A DNA stretch of 51,404 nt from Polyangiaceae bacterium (lineage in GTDB: Bacteria > Myxococcota_A > Polyangia > Polyangiales > Polyangiaceae), in the NCBI GenBank assembly GCA_044222475.1, contig JBGANF010000048.1:1-51404 (forward strand), read 5' to 3'. A program made the translations under genes and the position numbers. The notes under the pieces are model-generated. The model searched no databases. It was not told the DNA's origin and saw only the letters and a program-made list of their open reading frames with translations. How positions within the stretch are numbered: the stretch's first letter is position 1; every line of letters starts with the position of its first letter. This document shows, one piece after another, positions 8,933 through 19,411 of this stretch.

Positions 8933-9412
8933 ATGGCGGCCACGGGCGTTCCGCTCTTGCTCCTCCGTTGCCGGTGGCCTCCCTGCGACCGGCGTTTCTT
9001 GATGTGCTCCCACTGCTACCGAGGGCATCGCTACTGCTCTCGCGAGTGCTCCACTGCGGGTCGCCGCGATAGCGTCAGCCGCGCTCGTCGCCGGTACTCC
9101 GCGCCAGAGCACGTGCGCGATCGTCGTCGTCGCGCCCAACGCGCCGCGTATGCCCGCAAGAAGCTCGACCGAATTTCGCCGGATCAGACTTCAAGCACCC
9201 CGACCGAGGGAACGAACATGTTCGTCACGCGAGGGACCCATGCCCCCCACGCGAAGGCGGATACCCATGTCGACGATCTTTCATCCCTACGATCGCCCGA
9301 GCGCGATCGTGAACCACCCATGTGGAAACCCACGGGACCACCACGCTGCGCCGCGTGCGGCCGCCGCGGGACCCACGTTCTCGCGGGCTTGCATCGCTTC
9401 CTTCGACGCTGA
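8933..9412 (+). CDS. Small Cys-rich Zn-finger protein, mobile-element associated
   Basis: CxxxxC...CSHCYRGHRYCSREC, basic helix, C-terminal CAACG; directly upstream of the recombinase. Confidence 0.6.
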   Translation: MAATGVPLLLLRCRWPPCDRRFLMCSHCYRGHRYCSRECSTAGRRDSVSRARRRYSAPEHVRDRRRRAQRAAYARKKLDRISPDQTSSTPTEGTNMFVTRGTHAPHAKADTHVDDLSSLRSPERDREPPMWKPTGPPRCAACGRRGTHVLAGLHRFLRR

Positions 9413-9427
9413 GCTCGGAGGCCAGTC

Positions 9428-10957
9428 ATGAGCCACGAGAATCGCGCGGCGATCTACGTCCGCATGTCGACGGAGCACCAGCAGTACTCGACCGAGAACC
9501 AAGGCGACATCATCCGCGAGTACGCCACCAAGCGCGGCCTCGAGATCGTCCGTACCTTCGCCGACGCCGGAAAGAGCGGCCTTCGTATCGACGGTCGCGA
9601 CGCGCTCAAGCAGCTCATCGACGTCGTCCTGAGCGGGGCCGCCGACTTCCGGACGATCCTCGTCTACGACGTCAGCCGGTGGGGTCGCTTCCAAGACGCC
9701 GACGAGAGCGCGTACTACGAGTACATCTGCAAGCGCGCCGGCATCACCGTCCAGTACTGCGCCGAGCAGTTCGAGAACGACGGGAGCATCGCCTCCAACA
9801 TCGTGAAGACGGTGAAGCGCGCGATGGCCGGCGAGTACAGCCGCGAGCTCTCCGCGAAAGTCTTCCAAGGGCAGTGCCGCCTGATCGAGCTCGGGTACCG
9901 ACAAGGCGGGCCCGCCGGGTTCGGCCTCCGGCGCATGCTCGTCGACGAGAGCGGCGGCGCAAAGGGCGAGCTCCGGATGGGGGAGAAGAAGAGCATCCAG
10001 ACCGATCGCGTCATCCTCGTGCCCGGCCCCGACGAAGAGGTCGAGGTCGTGCGCCGCGTGTACCGCCTGTTCCTCGAGGAGCGACGCACCGAGCGAGAGA
10101 TCGCGCGCGCGCTCAACGCCGAGGGCATCGTGACCGACCGCGGCACGCCGTGGACGCGCGGCACGGTGCACGAAATCCTCACGAACGAGAAGTACATCGG
10201 GCAGAACGTGTTCAACCGCGTCTCCTTCAAGCTGAAGAAGAAGCGTGTCTGCAACCCGCCCGAGATGTGGGTCCGCGACGAAGCGGCATTCGAGCCGATC
10301 GTCGACCAGGCGGAATTTCACACCGTTCGCGGCATCATCCTCGCGCGCCATCGACGCCTCTCGAACGACGAGATGCTCGGTCGGCTGAAGTCGATCCTCG
10401 ACCAACACGGGAAGATCTCCGGCGTGCTCATCGACGAGCGCGACGAGATGCCGTCGACGGCGTCCTATCGGCATCGCTTCGGGAGCCTCGTCCGCGCCTA
10501 CGAGCTCGTCGGCTACACACCGGAGCGCGACTACTCGTTCGTCGAGACGAACCGTCAGCTCCGGAAGCTCTACCCGGCGCTCGTCGACGACGTTTCGCGA
10601 AGCCTGAGCCAAGCGGGCGCGCACGTCGACCGAGACGAGGCGACGGACCTGCTCACCGTCAACGGACAGTTCACCGTTTCGATCGTTCTCTCGCGCTACG
10701 AGATCACGCCGACCGGCACCCCGCGGTGGACGCTGCGTTTCGATCGCGGACTGAACCCGGACCTCACGATCGCGGTCCGCATGGATAGCTCGAACCACGC
10801 CCCGCTCGACTACTACATCGTGCCCTCGCTCGACGTTCACACCGAGCGACTCCGCGTCGCGCCGGAGAACTTCCTCGGCATCGACGCCTACCGCTACGAG
10901 AACCTCGACTTCTTCCTCGGCATGGCCGAGCAGGTGACGATCGAGGTGGCGGCATGA
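9428..10957 (+). CDS. Large serine recombinase (resolvase + recombinase domains), intact
   Basis: AAIYVRMSTEHQ with catalytic Ser, DAGKSG, YDVSRWGR, AGEYSRELSAKV, ILTNEKYIG; GGAGG RBS. Confidence 0.95.
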   Translation: MSHENRAAIYVRMSTEHQQYSTENQGDIIREYATKRGLEIVRTFADAGKSGLRIDGRDALKQLIDVVLSGAADFRTILVYDVSRWGRFQDADESAYYEYICKRAGITVQYCAEQFENDGSIASNIVKTVKRAMAGEYSRELSAKVFQGQCRLIELGYRQGGPAGFGLRRMLVDESGGAKGELRMGEKKSIQTDRVILVPGPDEEVEVVRRVYRLFLEERRTEREIARALNAEGIVTDRGTPWTRGTVHEILTNEKYIGQNVFNRVSFKLKKKRVCNPPEMWVRDEAAFEPIVDQAEFHTVRGIILARHRRLSNDEMLGRLKSILDQHGKISGVLIDERDEMPSTASYRHRFGSLVRAYELVGYTPERDYSFVETNRQLRKLYPALVDDVSRSLSQAGAHVDRDEATDLLTVNGQFTVSIVLSRYEITPTGTPRWTLRFDRGLNPDLTIAVRMDSSNHAPLDYYIVPSLDVHTERLRVAPENFLGIDAYRYENLDFFLGMAEQVTIEVAA

Positions 10958-11829
10958 GCTCCGTTCAACTCATCGCCATCAACAAGATCCGCGTCCTCAA
11001 TCCCCGCGCTCGGAATCGGGCGAAGTTCGGCGAGATCGTCACGAACGTCTCGAAGGTCGGGCTCAAGAAACCCATCACCGTGTGCCCGCGACCGGGATCG
11101 GCCGGCGAGTACGATCTCGTCTGCGGGCAAGGCCGGCTCGAAGCGTTCGTGAATCTGAAGCAGAGCCACGTCCCGGCCCTCGTGGTGAACGCGTCGCCGG
11201 AGGACCGCTACATCATGAGTCTCGTCGAGAACATCGCTCGACGGCACCCCGACAGCCTCGATCTGGTGCGGAGCATCGCGGCGCTCGAGCGCCGCGGATA
11301 CAACCCGGCCCAGATTGCCGCGAAAGTTGGCGTGACCGAGACGTGGGTTCGCGGACTCTTGCGCCTCAACGCAAAGGGGGAAGAGCTCCTGCTGGCCGCA
11401 GTCGAGCGCGGTGAGCTTCCGATCCACGTCGCCATCGAGATCGCGACGAGTAAGGACGGCGACGTAAAGAAGTGCCTCGCCGAGGCGTACGAACGCGGAG
11501 ACCTCAAAGGGAAGGCGGTGTCGCGAGCAAGGACCCTCGTCGAGCGGCGGCTGGCGAGCGGCAAACGCTCGGGCACGAACAACTCCGTCCGCAAGGCGCA
11601 GAAGAAGCTCTCGCCCGACGACGTCGTCCGTGCGTACAAGCGGTCGACCCAGAAGCAAGCGCTCCTCGTGAAGCGCGCCCAAGTCTGCGAGTCCATGCTG
11701 CGCATCGTCACTAGCGCGCTGCGCGAGCTCACGGAGGACGACCACTTCGTGACACTCCTCCGCGCCGAGAAACTCGACCGCATGCCGAAGTACCTCGCCG
11801 AGCAGCTCAAGCTGCGGAGCGCGTCATGA
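10954..11829 (+). CDS. ParB/RepB-like protein (ParB-N CTPase fold + HTH + RepB-C)
   Basis: NPRAR, VGLKKPITV, LVCGQGRLEA, SLVENIARR; ATGA-coupled to the recombinase. Confidence 0.9.
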   Translation: MSSVQLIAINKIRVLNPRARNRAKFGEIVTNVSKVGLKKPITVCPRPGSAGEYDLVCGQGRLEAFVNLKQSHVPALVVNASPEDRYIMSLVENIARRHPDSLDLVRSIAALERRGYNPAQIAAKVGVTETWVRGLLRLNAKGEELLLAAVERGELPIHVAIEIATSKDGDVKKCLAEAYERGDLKGKAVSRARTLVERRLASGKRSGTNNSVRKAQKKLSPDDVVRAYKRSTQKQALLVKRAQVCESMLRIVTSALRELTEDDHFVTLLRAEKLDRMPKYLAEQLKLRSAS

Positions 11830-11981
11830 ACGCAGTCAAGTCCGCGTTCCTGCCGGAGACGGTGACGTTGCCGCTCGCCAAGATCTTGCCGTCGGGCAAG
11901 TTGAAGCCTGGGATCAAGACGACCGCTCGGTACAAAGTGATCGAAGCGTCGGTGCGTGAGGTGGGCATCATCGAACCGCTC
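11826..11981 (+). pseudogene. Second ParB-like gene, only the N-terminal ~52 codons remain
   Basis: MNAVKSAF...RYKVIEASVREVGIIEPL, then an abrupt switch into pglX sequence in another frame. Confidence 0.8.
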
Positions 11982-14349
11982 TGCTCCGGTGCAGGAAGCG
12001 CTTCGCCTTCGGCACGAGGCAGAGCGTGCTGCCAAGCGGACCGCAGATCCGCTCGAAGTATGGGAGCGCCACTTCGTTACCCAAGTCGCCGCGAGCTGGC
12101 TCCTCTCGTGTGTCTTCGTGCGCACTCTCGAAGATCGCGGACTCCTCGGTCAGAACCGAATCGCCGGTCCCGGTGCCACCGACAGCCAGCGGCTCTTCTT
12201 CGAGCTCGCGCCGTCGCTCACGGAGCGCGAGTACCTGCTCACCGTCTTCCGCGAGCTGTCGCGCTTGCCGGCGGCGCGCGATCTGTTCAACGCGCGGCAC
12301 AACCCGGTGTGGATGCTCGGTCCGTCGGCGGAGATGGCGAAGAAGCTCGTCGCTCTCTTCCGCACGCCGAACGCCGACGCGCCTGGACTCCGTTTCGGCC
12401 AGGCCGACACTCGCTTCCTCGGCGACCTGTATCAGGACCTCTCGGCCGACGCGCGCGAACGCTTCGCGCTCCTTCAGACCCCGCACTTCGTCGAGAAGTA
12501 CATCCTCGATCGCACGCTCGAGCGCGCGATCGCGCGCTTCGGTCTCGACGAGACGACGCTGATCGATCCCACGTGCGGCAGCGGCCACTTCTTGCTCGGC
12601 GCGTTCGAGCGCCTCGTCGACCATCGGCTCCGGAAGGAACCCGGGCTCGACGTCCGTGAAGCCGCGCGCAAGGCGCTCGACGCCGTGTACGGCGCCGACA
12701 TCAACCCGTACGCCGTCGCCATCGCGCGCTTTCGGCTCACGCTCGCGTTTCTCGACAAGGCGGGCTACGCGCGTCTCGCCGATGCGCCGGCGCTGCCGCT
12801 GCACCTCGTGGTGGGCGACTCACTGCTGCACGCGCCCCAGCAAGCGCACTTGGGCGAAGTAGCTGGGACCACGAAAGCGGCTTGGGGCGGAGAGGAGTTT
12901 GCCCTCGAAGACGAGCCAGCCGCCAAGGACGTGCTCCTCCGCCGCTACGCCGCCGTCGTCGGCAACCCGCCATACATCACCGTGAAGGACGCAGTCCTCC
13001 GGGAGCGATACCGCGAGATGTACCCGCGTTCGGCGGCGGGCAAGTACTCGCTCGGGGCACCGTTTACCGAGCGGTTCTTCCTTCTCGCCAAGAACGCGGG
13101 CTTCGTCGGAATGATCACGGCTAACTCGTTCATGAAACGCGAGTTCGGCAAGAAGCTGATCGAGCAATTCCTGCCGACCGTGAACCTCGATGGCGTCGTG
13201 AACACTTCGGGCGCGTACATCCCCGGCCACGGCACCCCGACAGTGCTCCTCTTTGGGACGAACGAGCCTAAGCAGGGTGACGACGTCCTGACCGTGTTAG
13301 CAAAGCGCGGCGAGCCGAGTACGCCGGCCGATCCAGAGAACGGCCTCGTCTGGCGTAGCATCACCGACCACGGTAGCGATCTCGGCTTCGAGAACGAGTA
13401 CGTGAGCGTGGCTCGCGTCGCGCGGACGGCCCTGGAAAAGCATGCGTGGAGCCTCGGCGGCGGCGGCGCGTCCGAACTCAAGGAGGTCCTTGAGGAGCGC
13501 GCAAAGCATCGGCTTGTGGATCTCAGCGCCCATATCGGACCAGCGGTCATCTGCGGGGAGGACGACGTTTACATCATCGATGGCGAGCCGCCGGAAGCGA
13601 TCCGGAGCTTCACCATTCCTCTCGGTGGAGGCGAACAAATTAGAGATTGGAGCGTCGGCAAGCTTCCGCGGGTCGTATTCCCCTACTCGGCTATTGGAGG
13701 CCCACCGCTGAACGAGCTGCCCGACCCATTGCTAAGGTGGCTCTGGCCCCACAAGCAACGTCTTCGTGCGCGCGCGGCGTTCGGCGTCGCGCAGGAGGAT
13801 CGTGGGAAGCGGTGGTTTGAGTTTCGCGATTACTACGCGGACAAGCTTCAAACCAGCTCGTCTATAGCGTTCGCCGAAGTCGCCACCCACAACCACTTCG
13901 TGCTCGATCGTGGCGGCAAGGTCTTCAAGCAGACTGCGCCTGTCATCAAGCTGAAGGAAGGGGCCACCGACGAGGAACACCTCGCCCTTCTCGCGTACCT
14001 CAACAGCTCTGTGGCGGGCTTCTACCTCCGCCAGGTCTGCCACGAGAAGCAGATGATGGGCGCTGAGGGAATCAGGCACACCGACAAAACAACGGTTACG
14101 TTCGCTTTCAACGCGGCGGGAGTGGGCAAACTCCCGATCCCCCCCTGGACTGCTGACAGTCGCCAACAGCTAGCAACGATCGCCGATCGCATCTCCAGCC
14201 TGTCTTCGCGCCGAGCGGAGTTGGCCTCTGATGCGGCATGTCGCTGCGCGAATGGGGAAGAAGTGGAGGATGTCTTGGCCGACGCGGAGACGAGATCGCT
14301 TACTCTCCTACGAGAGACCGTCGGTCTGCAGGAAGATCTCGATTGGTTA
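11977..14349 (+). pseudogene. pglX: BREX type 2 adenine methyltransferase PglX, truncated at both ends
   Basis: TQVAASWLLSCVFVRTLED, DTRFLGDLYQDLS, LLQTPHFV, DPTCGSGHFL, GNPPY, NSFMKREFGKKL, AYIPGHGTPT; ends at LQEDLDW; no native start. Confidence 0.9.
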
Positions 14350-15330
14350 TCCGTTCAGCCCGGTCCTCATGGACGCCTTGGTGTCGCTTTCCAATTCGCT
14401 GCAGCGCGAACGGACGGCGATTCGCCTGCTGACCGAGCTCCTCGTCGAGCACATCGAAGACCTTCAGGTCGGCGACGTCATCGGCGTCGGCGACCTCTTC
14501 GACGTGATCGCCGGCGGTGACGATTCGACGGACGGCATCATGCGCGCTCGCTTCGACTCCGCGAAGCAGCTCTACGCGTACCAGTTCTTGCCGGTGATTC
14601 AGCAAACGAACGGCACGAACACGCCGGAGAAGTGTCAGCGCCTCCGCCCGAATCATCCGGCGCGTATCGGCTGCTCCAACTGCCCCGAACGTGCGTGCCG
14701 TGCCGACAACCGGCTCGTGAAGACGATGCTCATCGCATCGCTCGTGCCCGAGCGCCCGGTCTTCAAGGACGTCACCGCCAGCAAGCTCGTCCAGCTCAAT
14801 CACGGATCGCTCCGCGCACCGATTCCGGGCACCGAAGTGAACCTGGTCGCTCAGAAGCTGCGCAATTGGGCGAGCTCCGGGACCATCGCCCAGCTTCACG
14901 TGGGTCCGCAAAACGATCCGACCGTGCGGCTCCAACTCGAAGGCGTGGATCCCGGGCCCATTCTCGAGCAGGCCCGTCAATTCGACACGCCCGGCGCGCG
15001 TCAGAAGGTTCTCCGCGATCTCCTCTTTCTGGCTCTCGGGATCGAAGGCGTGCAGGACTGGGGCAAAGACCACGTCATCAAGAATTGGCGGGGCACCGAC
15101 CGTCTCGGGCACCTGCGCTTCGGCAACGTGCGGCGTCTGACGGACGAACAGCTCATGTGCCCTCCTGGTCACGACTGGCGTCTCATCGTCGACTACCCGT
15201 TCGACGACGAAGGATTCGGGCCGCACGACGACGAGAAGGCGCTCGAGAAGTTTCTCGAGGGCCACTCCGCGGGGACGTGGACCATCGTCTGGTTGCCCAC
15301 GTTCTTCTCGAAGGACATGCAGCGCGTACT
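14348..15330 (+). pseudogene. pglY: BREX-2 PglY internal fragment 1
   Basis: YPFSP...LQRERTA, DNRLVKT, LNHGS, FGNVR, VDYPFD, WLPTFFS; Walker A region missing; continues in frame at 18622. Confidence 0.85.
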
Positions 15331-15479
15331 TCCGCATAGACCCACGAGGCAGGTTGCTCGGCGAGAGCCTCATCCCAAAGGTCGGCCTCTCGGCGGGCGA
15401 GTTCCAGCAGTGGGTCCGCGTCGTCGCCGCCGAGTGCGACCGCTTCGAGCACGCGCTGACCGGGAGGGACGTGGAGTAG
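15329..15479 (+). pseudogene. Displaced C-terminal half of the YbjN-like small protein
   Basis: FRIDPRGRLLGESLIPKVGLSAGEFQQWVRVVAAECDRFEHALTGRDVE*; joins in frame to 18393-18621. Confidence 0.8.
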
Positions 15480-15482
15480 GCT

Positions 15483-16145
15483 CCACCGGAACGAAGGCCG
15501 CAGCCCCTCGGGGTGGTGTTGGCCGGTTTCCTCACGAACGGGACTCCTGCTCTCGCAAGAGTCCAGACACGTCAGGGGGCGAAGACCGTGGTTGACCTGT
15601 GGGGACCGCGACAACGCGGCTCTCTGGTTGCGATGGTGGGCCAAGCTGGAGCCAAGGCGCAAGTAGCGGCGTCGATGTCGAGGACGTTCCAAGAGTCGGG
15701 ATCGTGGGTGGCTCGTGCAACCGCAACGATCTTGTACCTCTCGAAACATGAAGGTGAGCCGACCATCGGAGGAGCGCCTTCCGTCGCGGTGTGCCAGCGG
15801 CAAGGACGGATCGAGTGGCCATTCGTTGTCGTCGATGGGCGCACGTACTTGAGGGGGTTCGATGTGACCGAGACCGGCGTCAAGTCGGGTCCAGGCGTTA
15901 TCGAGATCGCCTACGAGGAAGACTGGCACTCGGAGGTCGATCAGGAGCGACCTGCGGCTCCCGTTCGTCGGGACGAGGGCTTCACGGCCATCTCCCGGTA
16001 CGTCGAAGGGTGGGTGAAGGCCCAAGAGCTATTTGAGTGGAAGGTGGACCCCGCGGAACTCTGCACCACCCCGGACATGAGCCTGCCGCAAGCCGTGGTC
16101 GTCATCGCGCGGCCCGGGGAGTTTGAGGTCCACGCCACGGATTGA
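15483..16145 (+). pseudogene. Hypothetical protein, probably N-truncated (possibly Ntn-hydrolase-like)
   Basis: Frame is open straight after TAG 15477-79 with no RBS or clear start; VVLAGF...PAL and TIGGAPSVAV. Confidence 0.45.
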
Positions 16146-16507
16146 TCACGCGATGCTGCACGCGCCAGGTATCTTCCGGACAGAGCCTCCGTCCCGCCCA
16201 AAGGGACCTGTGACGAGAGACCGGACGCTGCGATAAGCTAGCCTCGGAGGATCGCATGGCGCTGTCGCCGTCGGGAGCGTGCCGGAGCGCGAAGCGAAGC
16301 AGTTCAGTTACACCGTGATCGTCTTGATCGCCTTGTTCTCCTCCACGGCATCGAGCCACGTCAGGTGGCGTTAGTTACTCAAAACTTCCGGCGCAATCGC
16401 CGGGGCGTGTCCCCTACACGCGATGGCGATTCGGACGCGGACATGTGGTACGTGCGCGCGCTCTTGCCCCGCTTCTGATCGAGCAGCAGCTCGATCGCCC
16501 TATCCAT

Positions 16508-17200
16508 CTAGAGCTCGTCAAGAGGAACGATGCGCATGATGGCTTGGTCCAAACCCATCCCATGGTGCGCTAGAGCTGTGACGAGGTTCTCCTTCTCAAC
16601 CTCGACGTCCTGATACTCGAAGACGTTCTCGAAGAGCGTTTCGAGTCTCTCCTGTGCTTCGCCAACGTTCAGAAAAGTCTCATGCGGGAAACTGCGCGCG
16701 CCGCTTCGATCGTTCAAGTATCGAAATCTCGTCGGCTCAAACTGCTCCGCCTCTCCCAGCTGCTCTGCTACCGCCACGATCTCTGCCGGAACTTCACCGA
16801 ACCCAATCTGCGCGAGCGCGTCGCGAAGTACTCCGACGAGCGCGCTGAGGCTGTGGATGAACGGCACGCCTCCGATGTCGCCTGGCCGAGCTGAGGCATC
16901 TTGCGTGAGCTCGGCGAGCCACCGTTCATCGCGCCGAATCACGAGCGCCGTGTGTGCGACGTCCTTGACTGCCACCTCGAACGCATGCCGCTGCAAGTAT
17001 GCCGTCGGTAGAGCCACTTCGCTGACCTTGTTTTCGCGCTCACCGGCTTCCAGGACATGTCGCGCCGCAAGGAGATACGACAGCCCGAGGTTCGGCTGCG
17101 ACCAGATCCCCCCAATCCTAGCGACCGGCAAGCCGTTCACCGATGAGCTCTGTCCACCGATCACGAGGACGTTTCTGTAGATGGTCGGTCGTTCCTTCAT
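16508..17200 (-). CDS. HEPN-like protein
   Basis: YLLAA...PTAYLQRHAFEVAVK...HSLSAL...RFRY; ATG lies 6 nt after TAGGAT. Confidence 0.65.
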   Translation of the reverse strand: MKERPTIYRNVLVIGGQSSSVNGLPVARIGGIWSQPNLGLSYLLAARHVLEAGERENKVSEVALPTAYLQRHAFEVAVKDVAHTALVIRRDERWLAELTQDASARPGDIGGVPFIHSLSALVGVLRDALAQIGFGEVPAEIVAVAEQLGEAEQFEPTRFRYLNDRSGARSFPHETFLNVGEAQERLETLFENVFEYQDVEVEKENLVTALAHHGMGLDQAIMRIVPLDEL

Positions 17201-17288
17201 GACGTAATCCTATCGATCTGTAGCGAAGTTCACCTCGCTCATCGGCGAGCTAGCTCGATGAATGAGAAGCGCCATTGCCGCCGGACAG

Positions 17289-17702
17289 TCACCTCACACA
17301 GAGCTGGTCGAGGTCGAACTCGTTGAAACCGCGGTCCGGATTTGCCGGTCGCACCTCGTCGTCGAGCTCGTGCACCCGGTGGAGAAGTTCGAGGCGGCTA
17401 AGAACGACGGATCCTTGAGCCGGGAGTCGCTTGAAGTAGATGTCGTTCATCACGTGCTGGCTCCTGAAAAGGATCGCGTACACGACGTCCTCCGCTTGGT
17501 CGCGCGCGTGGCCGCGACCGAACAGCGGCGCCGCGTACGAGTTGTTCGTCACCAACGAGCTGAGGTCCGACACGAACTCCCAGCAACGCTTGATGTATGG
17601 GACGACCTCGGCGGGTGACAACGGCGCCGCGGTGGGTCGGATGCGCTCGTGCTTGTGCGCACGATGTTGGTTTCGATCTGCGACGAGAGCATCGAAAGCC
17701 TC
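17289..17702 (-). pseudogene. Displaced C-terminal half of HEPN/AbiU2-like protein
   Basis: AFDALVADRNQHRAH (Rx4-6H motif)...LCVR*; joins in frame to 22255-22724. Confidence 0.75.
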
Positions 17703-18403
17703 AGCGCGTCCTCGAGCGCATGAACGTGTTCTTGCGCCTGATGCACGAGGGCCTGACGACCGCCGGCGTCGAGGACAAGAAGATCGACGTCGCGAAGGAG
17801 CTCCTTCGCGGTCGCCGCGCGATCGAACAGATCTCGACGCGACTGAAGACGGCGTTTCCGGTCGCGCCTGAACAGCTCGAAGGCCACGTCAAGGAGCTCG
17901 CATCCTGTGCCGACGACGCAATCGCAGTCGAGGCGCGGTTCATGGCGCTGGCACAGTCGCCGCTACCGGGCGTCCAGGTCTCGTGGGAGGCCGAAGCTCC
18001 GCGCGGAAGCCTATTCGGCACGGTGCACCTGGCGACACGCCGGCAGCCGTTCGCGCTTCGACTGCAGTCGCTCGGCGAACGGCTTCTCGTCCGCTGTGTG
18101 AGCCCGATCGGGCGTGTGGGACCGGAGCAAACACATGACCAGATCCTCGAGAGCGTTGGCCGGCGCAGTGTGCGCATTGGTGCGATCGCGACGACGGAAC
18201 AGGAGCACACCTACGATCTGACGGTCGAAGATGACGTCATGCTCGGCGACGACGCTGCGACCGACGGTCAGCGAGTGGCGATGCTGCTCACGCGCGTCGC
18301 CGAGGAGGCCGACGCGCTCGAACAGCACCATCTCCCCGGGCAAGACGAAGCGCTCGCGGTGTTCCGCGCGCAGCTAGAAGAGGAGGTACGCCGTGACCGC
18401 TGA
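17701..18403 (+). pseudogene. Displaced C-terminus of an SF2 helicase, ending in a YbjN-like domain
   Basis: QRVLERMNVFLRLMHEGL... continues DDTVEVLQV at 22255 in the same frame; ends ADALEQHHLPGQD... Confidence 0.75.
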
Positions 18404-18621
18404 ATGGGCGGGCTTCTGCAAGGGCGCGCGCGATCTCCGGGTCGAGGGTGACCGCGTCGAGATCCAGTTCGCTGAAGGGCGTCATCATCAACTCACGATC
18501 GAGGACACCGGTGACGCCTACAGGGTCATCGGTGTCGTGGCGAAGCCCGGCGTCACGTCGACAATCCCCGATCTCGCGCTCCACGTCTGGCGGCGCAACC
18601 GAGCGACGATGTTGGCGGGCT
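18393..18621 (+). pseudogene. N-terminal half of YbjN-like small protein (125 aa when rejoined)
   Basis: GGAGG RBS and GTG; MTAEWAGF...WRRNRATMLAG; C-half at 15329-15479. Confidence 0.8.
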
Positions 18622-19411
18622 CGGGGACCTCGTGATCCTCGAGCACATCATGAGCGATGCGCCGACCACCCGGCAGTACGTCTCGCATCTGTCGGTCGAG
18701 AATCAGTCGCGCGCAATCAACGACCTCGGGAACCTGCGCACCCAGAAGCAGACGCGCCTACGCCAGGTCCTCGAACAAGCCTACGGGCTGGCCAAACCGC
18801 GCGAGGGCGACCTCGATCTCTCGAACGCCGTCGAAAAGCACATTCACATTCTGAAACCCGGCGCCGTGGTGCGACCGCAGCTCGCCGCCACCCTTGGCGA
18901 CGCCGTCGAACGCTACGCCGAGGAACTACTTAGTTCTCGGTATCGGCTCCACCCCAAGTTTCCGAAGAAGCTGACGCGAAACACCATCGAGGAGCTCGTC
19001 TTGCGCTTCGGTGAGATCGTGGACTCGGAGGAGAAGAGCATCCCGGTCGACCGCGAGCGCGCGGACCTCATGCGGGGTTTCTTGATGGAGCTCGGGCTCG
19101 TGCGCGTGACGGAGGACAAGGCGTTCATCCGCGAGGACGACGTGCTCCAGCGCCTCGAGAACATGCGGCAAAAACAAGCGCTCGGCCGGCCTGACGTCGG
19201 CACCGTCCGCTCGTGGATCGACGAAACGGGTGCACGAGGTCTGCAGTCCGATGCGCTGGATCTCATCGTGCGCTGCTACGCGCGTTGGTCCGCGCGGACG
19301 TTGGTTAACGGCAAGCTTCCTTACGAGGCTCACGCGGGTCAGCAGATCCCGCCCAACGTGGCCTTGGAGCAGCCCGACCTACCGACGCATGCGTTGTGGA
19401 GCGCCGCGCTC
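18620..19411 (+). pseudogene. pglY: BREX-2 PglY internal fragment 2
   Basis: LGDLVILEHI...VLEQAYGL...YRLHPKF...RGLQ...LEQPDLP; same frame as fragment 1; C-terminus missing. Confidence 0.8.

Noticed and set aside
16308..16507. Short minus-strand coding-like scraps (RHLTWLDAVEENKAIKTITV*; MDRAIELLLDQK...)
   Set aside because: Too short to assign; they may be further junction debris, but no partner was found.
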